The notes under the pieces were generated by a model. It searched no databases, was not told the origin of the DNA, and saw nothing but the letters and a program-made list of their open reading frames with translations. The position numbers were made by a program, and so were the translations under genes. Shown one piece after another: positions 51,030 to 63,063 of a stretch of DNA of 64,000 nucleotides. Each line of letters opens with the position of its first letter. Position 1 is the first letter of the stretch. This DNA is from Tricharina praecox. Taxonomy: Eukaryota. The stretch lies in contig NW_026250419.1 in the NCBI RefSeq assembly GCF_024521635.1, positions 62,001 through 126,000 on the forward strand, in the 5' to 3' direction.

Positions 51030-52974
51030 GATTACGGGTAACTGTGGATTGTTTTCTCGGGAGGACTAGTAGATGGGTTTCAGTGTAGTGATTTTTGGTA
51101 GAGGAGAGTTGGTTGATTGGTTGGTTGGTTTGGTAGTGGTAGTAGTGGGAGTGAGAATCGGAGTGGGAGTGGTAGTTGGGAGTGGTAGGGTTGAACGCGT
51201 ATGAAGCAAGCGTGTTCGTGTTCGTGTGTAGTAGGAGTGGTAGTAGGAGGAAGGGAGGAGGAAAGCCAATGAAGAATGAGACGACGGCAGGTGTGATTGT
51301 TTTATAGTTGGGGGAGGAAGTAGATTGTCGTGTAGGGAGTGGACTGTTTTAAGAGAGTTGTGAGAGGAAGGAATGGAAGAGGGAAGGAGTGGGGGGTGTG
51401 GAAGAAGGAGTGAGAGAGTGTGAGGGAGCGAGAGTGAGTGAGGAGCGAAAGGCACAGGCAGGCGGCGGAGGAGAGGGCTGTCGGACTCTCTCTGTCGCGG
51501 AAGTTGACCAGGCTCCCGAATAGAGTGGAGCGCAGCGGGTTGTGGGTGGGTGGACGCTGATTGGGTGGTTGGGCTGATCTGTCTGGCGGGCTTGGCGTGC
51601 AGGTCGGTCTGTTTGGCTGATCGAGCAGTGGCAGGGATTTGGGCTGAGCGGACAAGGGTAGCGACCGATTCCCGATGGGGATTTGGTGTCCCGCCCCGCA
51701 GAGCCGCACGGACGGCGGAGACACAAACGGCCATCCTGCCAATGGGCTGGCCAGACGAGAATGTATCGAGATGGAGAGTGCATGCTGCATCATATCATAC
51801 CAAATTCACCGAGATCGGAATGCTTGTGCTCTATGTATAAATTGCCGGTACACGGCGGTCCGACACTCAAAGGCGGATCACGTGATAGCGGTGGTAGAGT
51901 AGATGGCTAGCCCTACTACGTACTAGTACAGACCAATATGCTCTAGCAGGCAAGGGGCGAAGTTGGATCACGTAACCTAACGAGGGCCCCTGGCGATAAG
52001 AGAGACGGCCGCGATAGCCGTAACCGTAGCCGTGAACAGGGTGGTCTCAAGAGAGGTGTCAACAGAGCCGTTGCCACGACAACAGACGGGCGGAGCAGGT
52101 GGTAGCGAAGGAAGGCGAGCGGAGAAAATCTGCGGGACATCAGCCGCACATCGCATCCGACCGACGGAAGCGAGCAGGAAGGCGAGCGAGCGAGAGTGAG
52201 CCCTTCGAATCTCCCCCCTGCCCAGCCGGAACCTTTTATGGTGACATCGATCATGAGGCCACACAGACAATCCTAAGCGGTGTGCTCAGAAATACTCTGT
52301 AGTAGCACACACCCTGGACAATGCCATTGTCCCCGCTCCGCCTGCTCAGAAATACCCTAACGCAGCATATCCTCCAGACAAAGCCATCGTCCCCACTCCA
52401 CTCCACCCTTTCCCGCGGCCCCCCCCATAAAGAAGAAAAAACTCCGAAACGGCGCACGAAACAATCTGCACGCCGGTCACCCCATGACACCATCCGTCAG
52501 TCGGCCGGAAAACCCCCTTGCACACATGTGTAAACCCTGCAGCTGCCGGTCGTCTACTAAACCCCAAGCCCTAACTAACTAGTTAACCAACTTCCTCCTC
52601 CCTCTCGCAGCATCCATGCAACCGCCCAACTTCCAAGTTCCGAGTGTGGGTGTGGGTGGGCGTCGTGGGTGGATGGGGGTGGATGGGGTGGGCAGTGGAA
52701 GGGGGTCGGCTTACGCCGCATCTGAGGCCCAGCCAGAAGCCCAGCCAGAAGTGAAGTGCACAAAGGAGGGAGGTGGGTGGCGAAACTGGTGTTCTTCCAG
52801 ACTCCAGAGTCTTCTTCTCCTGTATCGGACGAAGCTTGGCCAAAAGGAATCGTTTTTATGTATGTGTGAAATATGTACATGCAAGATTCGAGTGGATCGA
52901 AGTTTGTGTCGCAATCTGGCCTCGTCGGGCCGTTAACTCTTTTACTTTTTTTTCTCTGCGGAATTAAGGTGTGT

Positions 52975-53046
52975 AATTCGAGCAGAAGCAATTCGAACAG
53001 AAGCAACTCCAGCAAAGGCTATTCATGTAGAAGCAATTCGAGCAGA
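52975..53046. repeat. 15-bp degenerate tandem repeat (AATTCGAGCAGAAGC) x~5
   Basis: Units start at 52975, 52990, 53005, 53020 and 53035. Confidence 0.8.
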
Positions 53047-53363
53047 TGTGTGGAGTAGAACAGCCATCCAGGTACCAGTAGCAGTGAGCACTCTGAGAGC
53101 AGAAGTATCTGGTACGGAAGGGGAAGGGCTCACGGCTCGAGTGAGTTCGCATGGAGCCTGATACAATAAATCACTCGCCACAAGATCCCACTAGTAATTT
53201 TCACGGCTAAGAAGCAAAGTACAAAAGTGCCATTCAAAACCAAAATCTATTCCATATATTCTCAAATCACAAACGCCAGATCCAACCCACTCAAACACCA
53301 CCGCTCCAAACAAAGGGCACAAAGGAACGCGCAACACAAGTATCTAGGTAGGTAGAGTCAACT

Positions 53364-54575
53364 CTAAGCCCCCAGCATGGCCTTTCCAATCTCGGACTGC
53401 CAATTCCTGGCACGCTCAAAGCCGTTCGAGTTCGACTGGTAGTCCCGCATCGCCTCGTACACCTCCTCTTCCGACGTGACTACGAACGGGCCGTACTGGA
53501 CTACCTTGTGGTCGTGGGGCTGGCCGGCAACGATCACTGGGATGAACGTTAGTACTGCTGCCGGAACGCACTCTATGCGGAGTGGAGTGGGGAGTGAGCT
53601 TACCAAACCTGGCCTCCTCGGTGGCATTATCAGGCAGCAAAACGTCGATGCCATCGCCATTCTGGTCGAAGACGACATTGTAGTACTGCCCGACCTTCGT
53701 CTTCTCACCAAAGACAATATCACTTCCCTTCAGGACATAGACGAAGGTATTCCACCCCTTAGGCAGGGGCTGGCTAAGTTTTCCACCCGGCTGCATGGTG
53801 ACATCGAGGAGCCACACGGGGGTGTACGCCAGGTCCTTGACGGAGTCGACGCCGTGCGAGTTCCCGCTGATGATCTTGATAGTGACGCGGGCGTCGTCGG
53901 TAGTGGTGGTGGGGATCTCGCTGCCCCGCAGGTCGCGGTACCGCGGCTCGCAGTATTTGAGGTTCTTCGGCAGGTCCACCCACAGCTGTAGCCCGACGTT
54001 GGGCGAGCCGTCGTCGTTCTTGCCTGGCATCTCCGCGTGCACGATGCCCCGCCCCGCGGTCATGAATTGTAGGTCGCCAGCATAGATCGTGCCCTTGTTG
54101 CCCGCGAAGTCTTCGTGGTCCACCGAGCCGTGCAGGAGGTAGGTTATCGTCTCTTGGCCTCTGTTGTATACCCATGTCAGCACCTGTTCGCGGTATCTGT
54201 TATCTCGCGCGCAAAAGAGCTTGCGTACCTGTGAGGATGGTCGGGAAAGCCAGCGCCAATTCCCACCGAGAAGTGATCCAGCATAAGGAACGGGCTGAAG
54301 TTCCTTAGCTGCGGCACGCCGATAGAACGGCGAACCTTTGCGCCGGCGCCCTCGGACTTCTCGATCGCCTTGAAGGCCTTAACGACTGCTCTTGCGATGG
54401 ACATTTCTGCGGGGATGTCGAGGACGGGTTTTTGGATTATGTTGGGAGTCGTGGTGGTCGTGGTAGTGGAAATAGTGGTGTTGCCCGGAAAGAAGCTGGT
54501 GAGCAAGTACTGGTGGTGGCGAAGGGTGAGCGCAACGAGGATGCTACAGATGAGGACGATGATTGTGGACTTCAT
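53364..54575 (-). CDS. Pirin-family bicupin (3 exons; start 54575 or 54404)
   Basis: EGAGAKVRRSIG, PFLMLDHF, GFPDHPHR|GQETITY, GDLQFMTAGRGIVHAE, GLQLWVDLP and VVQYGPFV. Confidence 0.93.
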
Positions 54576-55119
54576 TTTCGGATCCGTGGGGGAGAAGCCG
54601 GAGGATTTATAGTCAGGGCAAAGGGGAAAAAAAGCGCTGCCTTGGACGCCGGATCTCCACAGCTCTTGCAATAATGGTAATCATTGTTCACCACCACCAC
54701 GATGGCGGGGGAGCTAGATGACTTTTTGCGGGTGACAATAATGTGTAATGATGGGATAAGCGCGATGGCTGATGGCTTGCGGGGCAGGGAATGTTGGAGC
54801 AACACTAATTACAAGGTAATCGTCGGATAAGCGATGACTGACAACGACCAACCACGGCCGGATCTTGTGTCAGCACCTTGCTGCGCTACATACCCGATGT
54901 CCGTGTCCGACCGTCTGTCGGAGATGTATCACTCTGTGTCACTCGCTCGCATTGAATCTTGCGTGTGCTAATACTTCCGCTTCCGCTCCACTTCGTCCAC
55001 TTCCGCTGCGGATTGAAGATTTTTGGAACCGTCTCGAACCCTCGAGTTGTCGGTGGTGGCGGATGGTCAGCGAGTGGAGATGGATGGTTCCCCGAGTCCC
55101 GGACCCTCGACACGCCTCA

Positions 55120-55550
55120 GGGCCCGTTTGGATGGCCTCAGTTTTAGCGAAAACTGTCAGTTTTTCGAGAAACTGAGCAAATGGAACTGAGACCCCGTCT
55201 GGATGGCACAAAAACCTTAAAAAAAACTGAAACTGTGCGGCTCCAGCGACGAAACTGGCACTGACCTCGACAGGTCATCTCTTTGCCGCCACTCAGTATC
55301 GCATTTTAACTTCAACCATGGACTCCCTTTACGGGGAAGAGACAAAAGCGGGGCCACAATGTGTCCACTATTAAAGTTCTGGTGAAGCCTATTATTCAGA
55401 CTTATGGCTGAGTAATTTGAGAACTGCCAAACACTCTGTTCACCTCACAGTTCTCCGGAAACTGAAACTGGACAGAATTCGGTGTCCCGTCGAGGAACTG
55501 AATTTCGCTCTAAAACTGGAACTGAAAACTAAGACCATCCAAACGGGCCC
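55120..55550. mobile_element. 431-bp MITE, PIF/Harbinger (Tourist-like)
   Basis: Perfect 16-bp TIR GGGCCCGTTTGGATGG (55120-55135) / CCATCCAAACGGGCCC (55535-55550), extending to 26 bp with 2 mismatches. Flanks are TCA and TAA (3-bp TNA-type). Many subterminal AACTG repeats and no transposase ORF. Confidence 0.8.
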
Positions 55551-55774
55551 TAAAGAAACATGGATGCATGGTGTGGTGGGGCAAAAGTTCGAGATCACTG
55601 ACCACGGCACAGCGAACTTAGAGTCAGACGCGTCTCCAGCCAGCCGGACGACTCACGACTCACGGTCCACGAACGATTCACAACCGCGACTTCCTTCCAC
55701 GGCGCCACCACGACCACCTGCTATGCGACTGTGACCTCGCACACTGCACTACCACTCGCTAAGTATCCGCTGCA

Positions 55775-56602
55775 ATGTTTATCCTCGTGCGCCCTCCTCC
55801 TCTTGCGCTCACCCACAATCCCTGAGACCGCCTAGCTCACTTGCGACCCGCAGAGCTCGTTCGCCGACCTCGTCGTCGTCGACCCCGAGGACTTCAGCAA
55901 GCACACGGCCGACGCGCTCGAAGACCAGATCAACGCCAAGTACGCCAACAAGGTCCGTCCCTTGCCCCCGTCCCTCCTCCCCCTCCCCTTCCCGCGCCCC
56001 TCCACCGTCACTAACCGTCTCCCATCCACTCCACAGGTAGTCTACAACCTCGGGCTATGCATCTGCCTATTCGACATCCTTCGCGTTTCGGAGGGGCAAA
56101 TCGGGCACGGCAGCGGCAGCGCGCACGTGAACGTTGAGTTCCGACTAATCGTGTTCCGCCCGTTCAAGGGCGAAGTCCTGACGGGGCGGATATCGTCGAG
56201 TTCGCCGCACGGGATCAACGTGCGGACCGACTTCTTCGACGAGATCTTCATTCCGCACGCGTACCTTTTCGAGGGCAGCACCTTCGACGTCAAGGAAAAC
56301 GTCTGGATCTGGAATAATGACGGCAACGAGTTCTTCATGGATAAGAACGAGACCATAAGATTCCGTGTCGAGGAGGAGGCGTTTGAAGATCAGCTGCCGA
56401 TACCCCCGCATCTGCAGGATGATCGCATGGAGGTCGAGAGGAAGCCGCCGTATAAGATCATTGTGGGTCGAGTTTTGTCACTTGGATCGTTGCATGGCGA
56501 TGCTGACTACGGTTCTAGGCTTCCGCGCAGCAGGCAGGAATGGGTTTGGTTGCATGGTGGGCAGAAGAAGGAGATGAAGAAGACGGGGAAGAGGCAGAGT
56601 AA
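55775..56602 (+). CDS. RPC25: RNA polymerase III subunit Rpc25 (RPC8; 4 exons)
   Basis: MFIL|SSFADLVVVDPEDF...INAKYANK|VVYNLGLCICLFDI...FRLIVFRPFKGEVLTG...PYKII|ASAQQAGMGLVAWW. Confidence 0.95.
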
Positions 56603-56836
56603 TAATCTGTGCCCGAATTTAAAAAACAGTTCGCTATTTCTACCCACGCTACAAACGATAATCATGCACTATCTTCTTCCGCCCAGTAGGTAGTATGGTA
56701 GAAATCGAGGAGAGAGCTTTTCGAAATCGAAACCAAGCGCCACCATTCGCGCGCAACCATCCAACTCCCCCTAGCTTCCAACCAAAGAAAAAGAAGAAAA
56801 AACACAAGAGATAACAATTCCATACAATCGTCATCC

Positions 56837-59369
56837 TTATTTCGCAAAGTGCAACTCGTAACCGAGCAATTTCCGCGCTACTACCTGCGCCGGGGTCAAG
56901 CCGGGAGTGCCGTAGGTGAGGGGTGCGTAGAACACGAATCCTGCGATAACAAGACTGCACACGACAGCGGTGGCGATCCATGCCCCAAGGAGACTCTGCT
57001 TACCGGCAGCGACAAAGGTTTTTTTTCCATCCTTGGTGATCTCCTCCTTCTCCAGAGGCTCCGAGCAGAAGATGAACTCAACCAGAGCACCAGTTACAAG
57101 CGCCGACGCGAGGTGGGCGGGCAGGTAGTGGTGAAGGAAGAGTTGACGACCCATCAGGAAGAAAGGGAAGTAGTGCGACGCCCAGGCAAGGAAGAAGAAC
57201 CCGGTGGAATTGTACAGCCTGTTGCGCGTGATGCGGTCCAGAGCATCGATTCCACGACGCTGCGTGATCTGGTCGGCTCCGAAGACACCGGCGAGCACGG
57301 CGAGAAGGGCGGACGAGATCCACCAGCCGACTGGGTTTCCGAGGAAGTAGATCTGTTCACGGGTGTCGTTCTTGGTCCAGAAGGACACTCCCCTCAGAAG
57401 GAAAGGCCACTGGATTGGCTGGGATGCGTAAGGGTGCGAAGAGGTCAATGCGTTGTTGTGGTGGAACATGGCGCGCTGCAGCTCAAAGTACTTCTTGAAG
57501 AAAGACATGTGCTTGACCTGCTTCGCGGACTTCACGTTGCGGGGATCATCCTCAGCCAGCGATGGAATATCCTCAATGTACCAGATGTTGGAGCCCTGCG
57601 CAACGTTCTTGTTGCCGTTGATCTCCTGCTGCTTGAAGGCCCATTCTGGCAAAGGCTTGGGATGCGTCCACATCGCTACCTTGCTCGTCTTGTGAAGGAG
57701 CTTGAATTGACCGGCCAGAGTCCTCAATTCCTGCTTGGATTTTCCGTGCTCCAGCTTGATCTCGAACAAAGTGTCGTTGTGACGCTCACCGTAGGACTTG
57801 TCCAGGGGGACGGTGGTAAACTCCTGGTTGGTGGGGTAGTAAGGCGAGGCGACATCGTGACTGAGGAGGTCGGTATCGGTCATGACGTGGTGGAGCTTGA
57901 TCACATCCCCGTTCTTCACAGGGCGGTTCACGCGCTGGTCTTCCGGAAAAGCAACGGGCGGCATGATGACCCAGTGGTTGTTGGTGTCGTTGAACGGGTA
58001 ACCAGTGACTTGCTGACCTGAAGATAAATGTCAGATTGCTGTGGTAATCGGACAAGGGATGGGGCGTAAGCATACCCTGGGAAGAGACTCTTCCGTCCTC
58101 GTATCTAAGAGGGTAGTTCTGCGCATGAGAGTGCAGGAATGCCTTGGTGTCCTTGTGGCGGAGCTGGACCGTGTCGTAGTAGTTGACGCCAACACTGCTC
58201 AGAGACAAAGCGTTGTCCGACAGGGTCTCCTGGAAGCCGGGGGTCATGAAGTCATCGCCGGGCCCGCTCTTGTACAAGATCGCGAAGTGGACGTAAAACC
58301 AGAATAGGTATAGCATGAACGGAACGATGATCAACCCGAAGGCCCTGGCCATGAAGTGCTGGGAAAAGCGCTGAAGTGACAGCCCGCGCTTGACGTCCAA
58401 CAGATTCCACAGATCGATAGCCACCGCAGCACCAATGGTGACGAAGGTGAAGACACCAACGTACTTGGTGGAGATGACGCAGGAAAGAGCAACTCCGGTG
58501 AGGAGCAGCCACTTCCACCACCCATAGCCGAAGGGCTGGTGACGGAGCTTGTAAAAGCGGACATAGGCCAGCAGAGAGCAAGCCATGGAGAGGATCAGGG
58601 TCGCATCGAGGAGGATCAAGCGGGTCTGTCCAATGTGGGCATTGTCTATCGGCCGTCAGCTGTTGTTTCGCGTTGCGACGAAACATGGAGTAATACCAAA
58701 GAGAACTAGGGAGGCGGCAGTGACCGCGGCAGGCAAGCTGTATCCGCACTCCTGCATGATCAGGAACACCACGGGCACAGTCAAAGAGCCCAACATTGCC
58801 GGCATAGCACGGAATGCAACGTAAGGAACACCATTGGCGATGTAGGAATCTCCGATGTTGTCAAACTTGAAGTGACCATCGTAACCAACGAACCAGCCCA
58901 TGAGGGCGAACAGGAGCTTGCCAAACGGAGGGTGGACATCGAAGAAATAGGTTCCTTCCAGGTACTGTTGTTGGATCAATCAGAGGGGGGTTCCGCGCGC
59001 ACGGTTCAACTGAACGGGGAGCTTACGTATGATGCGAACTACAACACTTGTTAGCGAACACTGCCAGACGAAACATATGACAATCGGTGGGGCCAAACAT
59101 ACCTTTCCGAAATGGACTTCATCGAAGACAACCTCAGTAGGATGACTGATTTTCCAGAAGCGGGTCACAAAGGCCAGAATGGTAAGGACAGCCAACACTA
59201 CCTTGTAGCGCCGAGGGAATCCTGTGGGGCGGATGTAGGCGGCCACTACATTCTTCGCTCGGGGAGCTTCCAGCAGGTCGTCCTCCGACCCCGAGCCGAG
59301 GCCGGCATCTCTACTGGGAGACTTTCTTCTGGCGCCACGCTGACGGACGCCGGGCGCCACCTCAATCAT
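56837..59369 (-). CDS. PMT4: Dolichyl-phosphate-mannose:protein O-mannosyltransferase, Pmt4 subfamily (spliced)
   Basis: VVFDEVHFGK|FASY|YLEGTYFFDVHPPFGKLL, MIR domains (LHSH, RVSSQG|QQVTGY), HPYASQP and RQLFLHHYLPAH. Confidence 0.92.
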
Positions 59370-61015
59370 GCTGGCGGGTACGGGGAGGAGAACAAAGGTA
59401 GCTTTGAGAAATGCAGGTACAATGGGTAGAAGCTGCTGCAGCGGGCGGCGGAGGTGGAGGTGGTGGTAGTAGTTGCAACGGATGGAGAGAAGTAGAAGGT
59501 GAGAAGACAATGGTGTTGAAATAAAGGGATGGATGTACGTAGAGCAACGGTGGCAGTTGAGGCCCAACTAGGTTTGGGGTCGGCGGGGATCAGCAAAGGA
59601 GAGACAAGAAGAAGAATGATGACACAAGGAGAATTAAGGGTGAAGGCTGAAGAAAGAGAACGTGTAAGCTGAGCGCGCGCACACGACGGCGAGTAGGCAA
59701 CAGAACAGATATGCCTTTCCAAAACACGCGGGCGAGGGCAGCAAGTAATATATCCGAGAGCGTGGGAAGTGAAAGTAGGAGTAGCGGCGGAGCCGGGGTC
59801 GCGAAGTCGGGAGCACGATGCAGGTGCAGGGGAGCATCAACTAGAGTGCGGGCGATGGATGGAAGATGGGAGAGATGATGGGAGGAACGTCTTGGATTTG
59901 AAGGCGCCAACTGGGTCCCGCCATCTAGAGTCAAGACTTTGATACTATACATACCCGCCGTGACGACTTCTGAACGAACCTACCGTACCCATTGATGGAC
60001 GCCGTGGATCTGGAAACCAATATCTACATGAATCTACTCCAAGTACCGGTACCTACTCACTCTCCACAGAACTTAGTACCAGGTACCGGTACATACCTGC
60101 GCAGTGCTGGCCTTCGGTGGGGCATTCCCCTGTGGACAGCATCCGATCACAACCGGCGCCTTCCATTCGAGGAGAAGGGGGAGGCATCGGCATTGCCACG
60201 GGAGCCATTGGGCTAGGTAAGTAAGATCCCCATGATCGATACGGGGAGTTCAGTCTGTCTGACCGCAGTGGGTAGCTTGGAGAGGGAGTGCCTAGTGCTG
60301 ATGAGGGCCGCAAGAATCCTATCTACAGGTGATAGCCGGTGAAGTATTGTCGGCAGGAGACACAGAGGCCATGATGAATTGGGTTTATGCAGATAAGACC
60401 TGGGACCCGGAACGACGACAGGCCGCGCGGCAGGTGGGGGCAGGTGCGGCTCCAGCCAGTCGTCATCTCGGCTACTCCTCCGAATAGAGGTGGAGATGAC
60501 AGGGCGTTGCTTGCAGAGCATTGATGATTTGCCGGTCCCCGGGGAACATCTTTCATTCACGAAGTTCTCGTGGCCGCTTGACGGGCCCTACCGTTGTTGC
60601 TGCCTGATCGGATATCCAGTGGGTACCTGACGCTTGAAGTTGGAACTGTGGGCTTGGTGCGACACGCTTGCGCCCAGCGTAGGAGCGCAATTGTCTGTGC
60701 TTGCACCATAGCTTCTAAGAAACGAATCAGCAGAGCCCGAATCTCCGTGTGCGGTTTTCGTCGCTTTGTATCCGAGGCGAACAAGCTGTGGTGCCCTGAA
60801 CCCTGAAAAACACACGCTCCAACACCCCCCTGCACCTTTCTTTCGCTACCGAAGCTGCGCGGCGCGGCGCCGCGCCCAGTCTCGTGGCTCACAACGGACG
60901 TGTTACATACTCACTTACTCACCACCACTACCACGACGACCACCAAACCCCACTCGACCCGCGCTGTCTCTTCCGCCCCCATCACGAATCCGAAAGCACA
61001 CTCTACCGGCCCAAG

Positions 61016-62607
61016 ATGTCAGGCGTCCACCCCTCACGGAAGGCGTACGTCGAGGACGATGAGGTGTGAACACACAGCTTCTAGTACTTGCGAGCGGGCG
61101 AAATACTGATGAACTTTTCGCGTTGCAGGAGGAGATGGTCGACTATGCGAACCTGCCAATCGACCGCGACTACGCGATCCCGTCAACGGCGCGAGCCGGC
61201 ATAGCGCCCGAGAAGGCGTCCGCAATTCTCTCGCAGATGGACCGGAAGAAGAAGGCGGCGGCGATCGTGGTTCCTACGGATGACGGGCGGGTGCGGGTGC
61301 GGTTGCGGGAGATGGGGGAGCCAATCACGCTGTTCGGGGAAGGGCCGGGGGATAGGCGGGATCGCCTCAGGGAACTGCTGTATCTGAAGCAGGAGGGGAT
61401 TACGGCGGATGGAGAGGACGTCGAAATGGGGGATGGCGACATGATGGAGGGCGACGATGACCATGGCGATGACGACGAGGAGTACTATACCCCCGGAGAG
61501 CCCGAATTGCTGGATGCTCGGAGGAAGATCGCGATATTCTCGTTACCACGGGCACGGGAGCGCATCGACAGGCAGAAGGTGGAAGCGGCAATCCCACTGC
61601 AGAAGCACATCAAGCATCGGAGGACGATCAAGGAGCATCTGGGTGGCTACCAGGTTTTGGGTTCGCAGATTGCCGGCGATAGGCCCGTGTCGATGGCGAG
61701 ATTTTCTCCGAACAGCAAACTCATCGCGGCCGGGGCCTGGAGCGGAACGATACGAATGCTCGCGGTGCCGAACCTCGAGGACAAGGGGATGCTCCGTGGA
61801 CATACCGACAGGGTGGGAGGGATTTCGTGGCATCCGGAGGCTACCATCACCATGTCACCCGATTCGGCGAATTTGGCGTCCGGTGGTGGCGAAGGCAATA
61901 TTCACCTGTGGTCCTTGAAACAAGATACGCCCATCGCCACACTCTCCGGTCACTCGGCGCGAGTCTGCAGGGTGGAACACCATCCCAACGGTCGATACCT
62001 GGGCTCCGCGTCCTTCGATACGACATGGCGACTCTGGGATCTGGAAACCCAGAAGGAGCTGCTGCTGCAGGAAGGTCATTCGAGGGAGGTCTATTCGATA
62101 GCATTCCAGGGAGACGGCGCTCTGGTCGCCAGTGGTGGACTCGATTCCATTGGTAGGGTGTGGGATCTACGGACGGGGCGGACAATCATGGTTCTCGACG
62201 GCCACATCCGCGAGATCACCGGATTAGCATGGCACCCCGACGGCTACCGTGTGCTGTCGTCGTCGGGCGACGCTTCAGTCAAGGTCTGGGATGTGCGCAT
62301 GGTGCGGTGCACTGCTACTATCGGTGCGCACAAGAAATTAGTTAGTGACATCCGGTTCTTTGGTGGTAATGGCGCTGGCAGCGGGTTGCCGACGGACATG
62401 AAGACGGAGGGGACGTATTTCGTCACCAGCGGCTTCGACGGCGAAGTCAAGATCCACTCCAGCGACGACTGGGCGTCCGTCAAGAGTCTCAGCGCGCACT
62501 CCGGAAACGTCACCAGTGTCGACGTCAGCATGGATGGCCGGTTTATCGTCAGCAGCGGACAAGACAGGACCTGTAAACTATGGGCTAGAGAAGATATAGA
62601 GCTGTAA
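61016..62607 (+). CDS. PRP4: U4/U6 snRNP protein Prp4 (PRP4 motif plus WD40; 2 exons)
   Basis: MSGVHPSRKAYVE, VPTDDGRVRVRLREMGEPITLFGEGPGDRRDRLREL, SQIAGDRP, LLLQEGHSREV and WDLRTGR. Confidence 0.95.
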
Positions 62608-63063
62608 ATGGCGGACATATGTATGGGGGGTTCGGTGCATGGTCCAACACAGCTTGTTCACATCTCGCTGACAGCGTGAAGAAGAAGAAGAAGAGACGTG
62701 ACCACTTGCAGTCAACCAAGCTCTTTTTGAGATTATGTCCGAACAAAAAAACAAAAAACCGAAACGTCTAGAGTGTCCTCAGCAGCAGAAAGCAGCAGCA
62801 GTGAACCCACAAATACCGACCGCGACCATGCAAAAGTGCTATGATACAAATCAAGAGTTCTACTCCATCTTGTGGATACCACACCACTACTACCAGTGTC
62901 ATCGCCATCACACGTCCTCGCCCTCTCTTGCCCTCGCCCACGCCCTCACCCGCCCATCACCATTTTAAAGATCGCCTATCCCCAACATCGGCGTCACAAC
63001 CACGCCTCCATTCAGAGACGCAATGCCATCCTCCTCCTCATCTGCTCGACGGTATTGCCGAGC

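Noticed and set aside
55363..55376. GTCCACTATTAAAG resembling part of the f1 phage origin (vector contamination)
   Set aside because: Only about 14 nt match, the flanks do not continue the similarity, and it lies inside the MITE.
60300..60592. GAGGGCCGCAAG ... TTGACGGGCCCTA as a second MITE
   Set aside because: The inverted match is short and gapped, with no subterminal repeats and no matching TSD.
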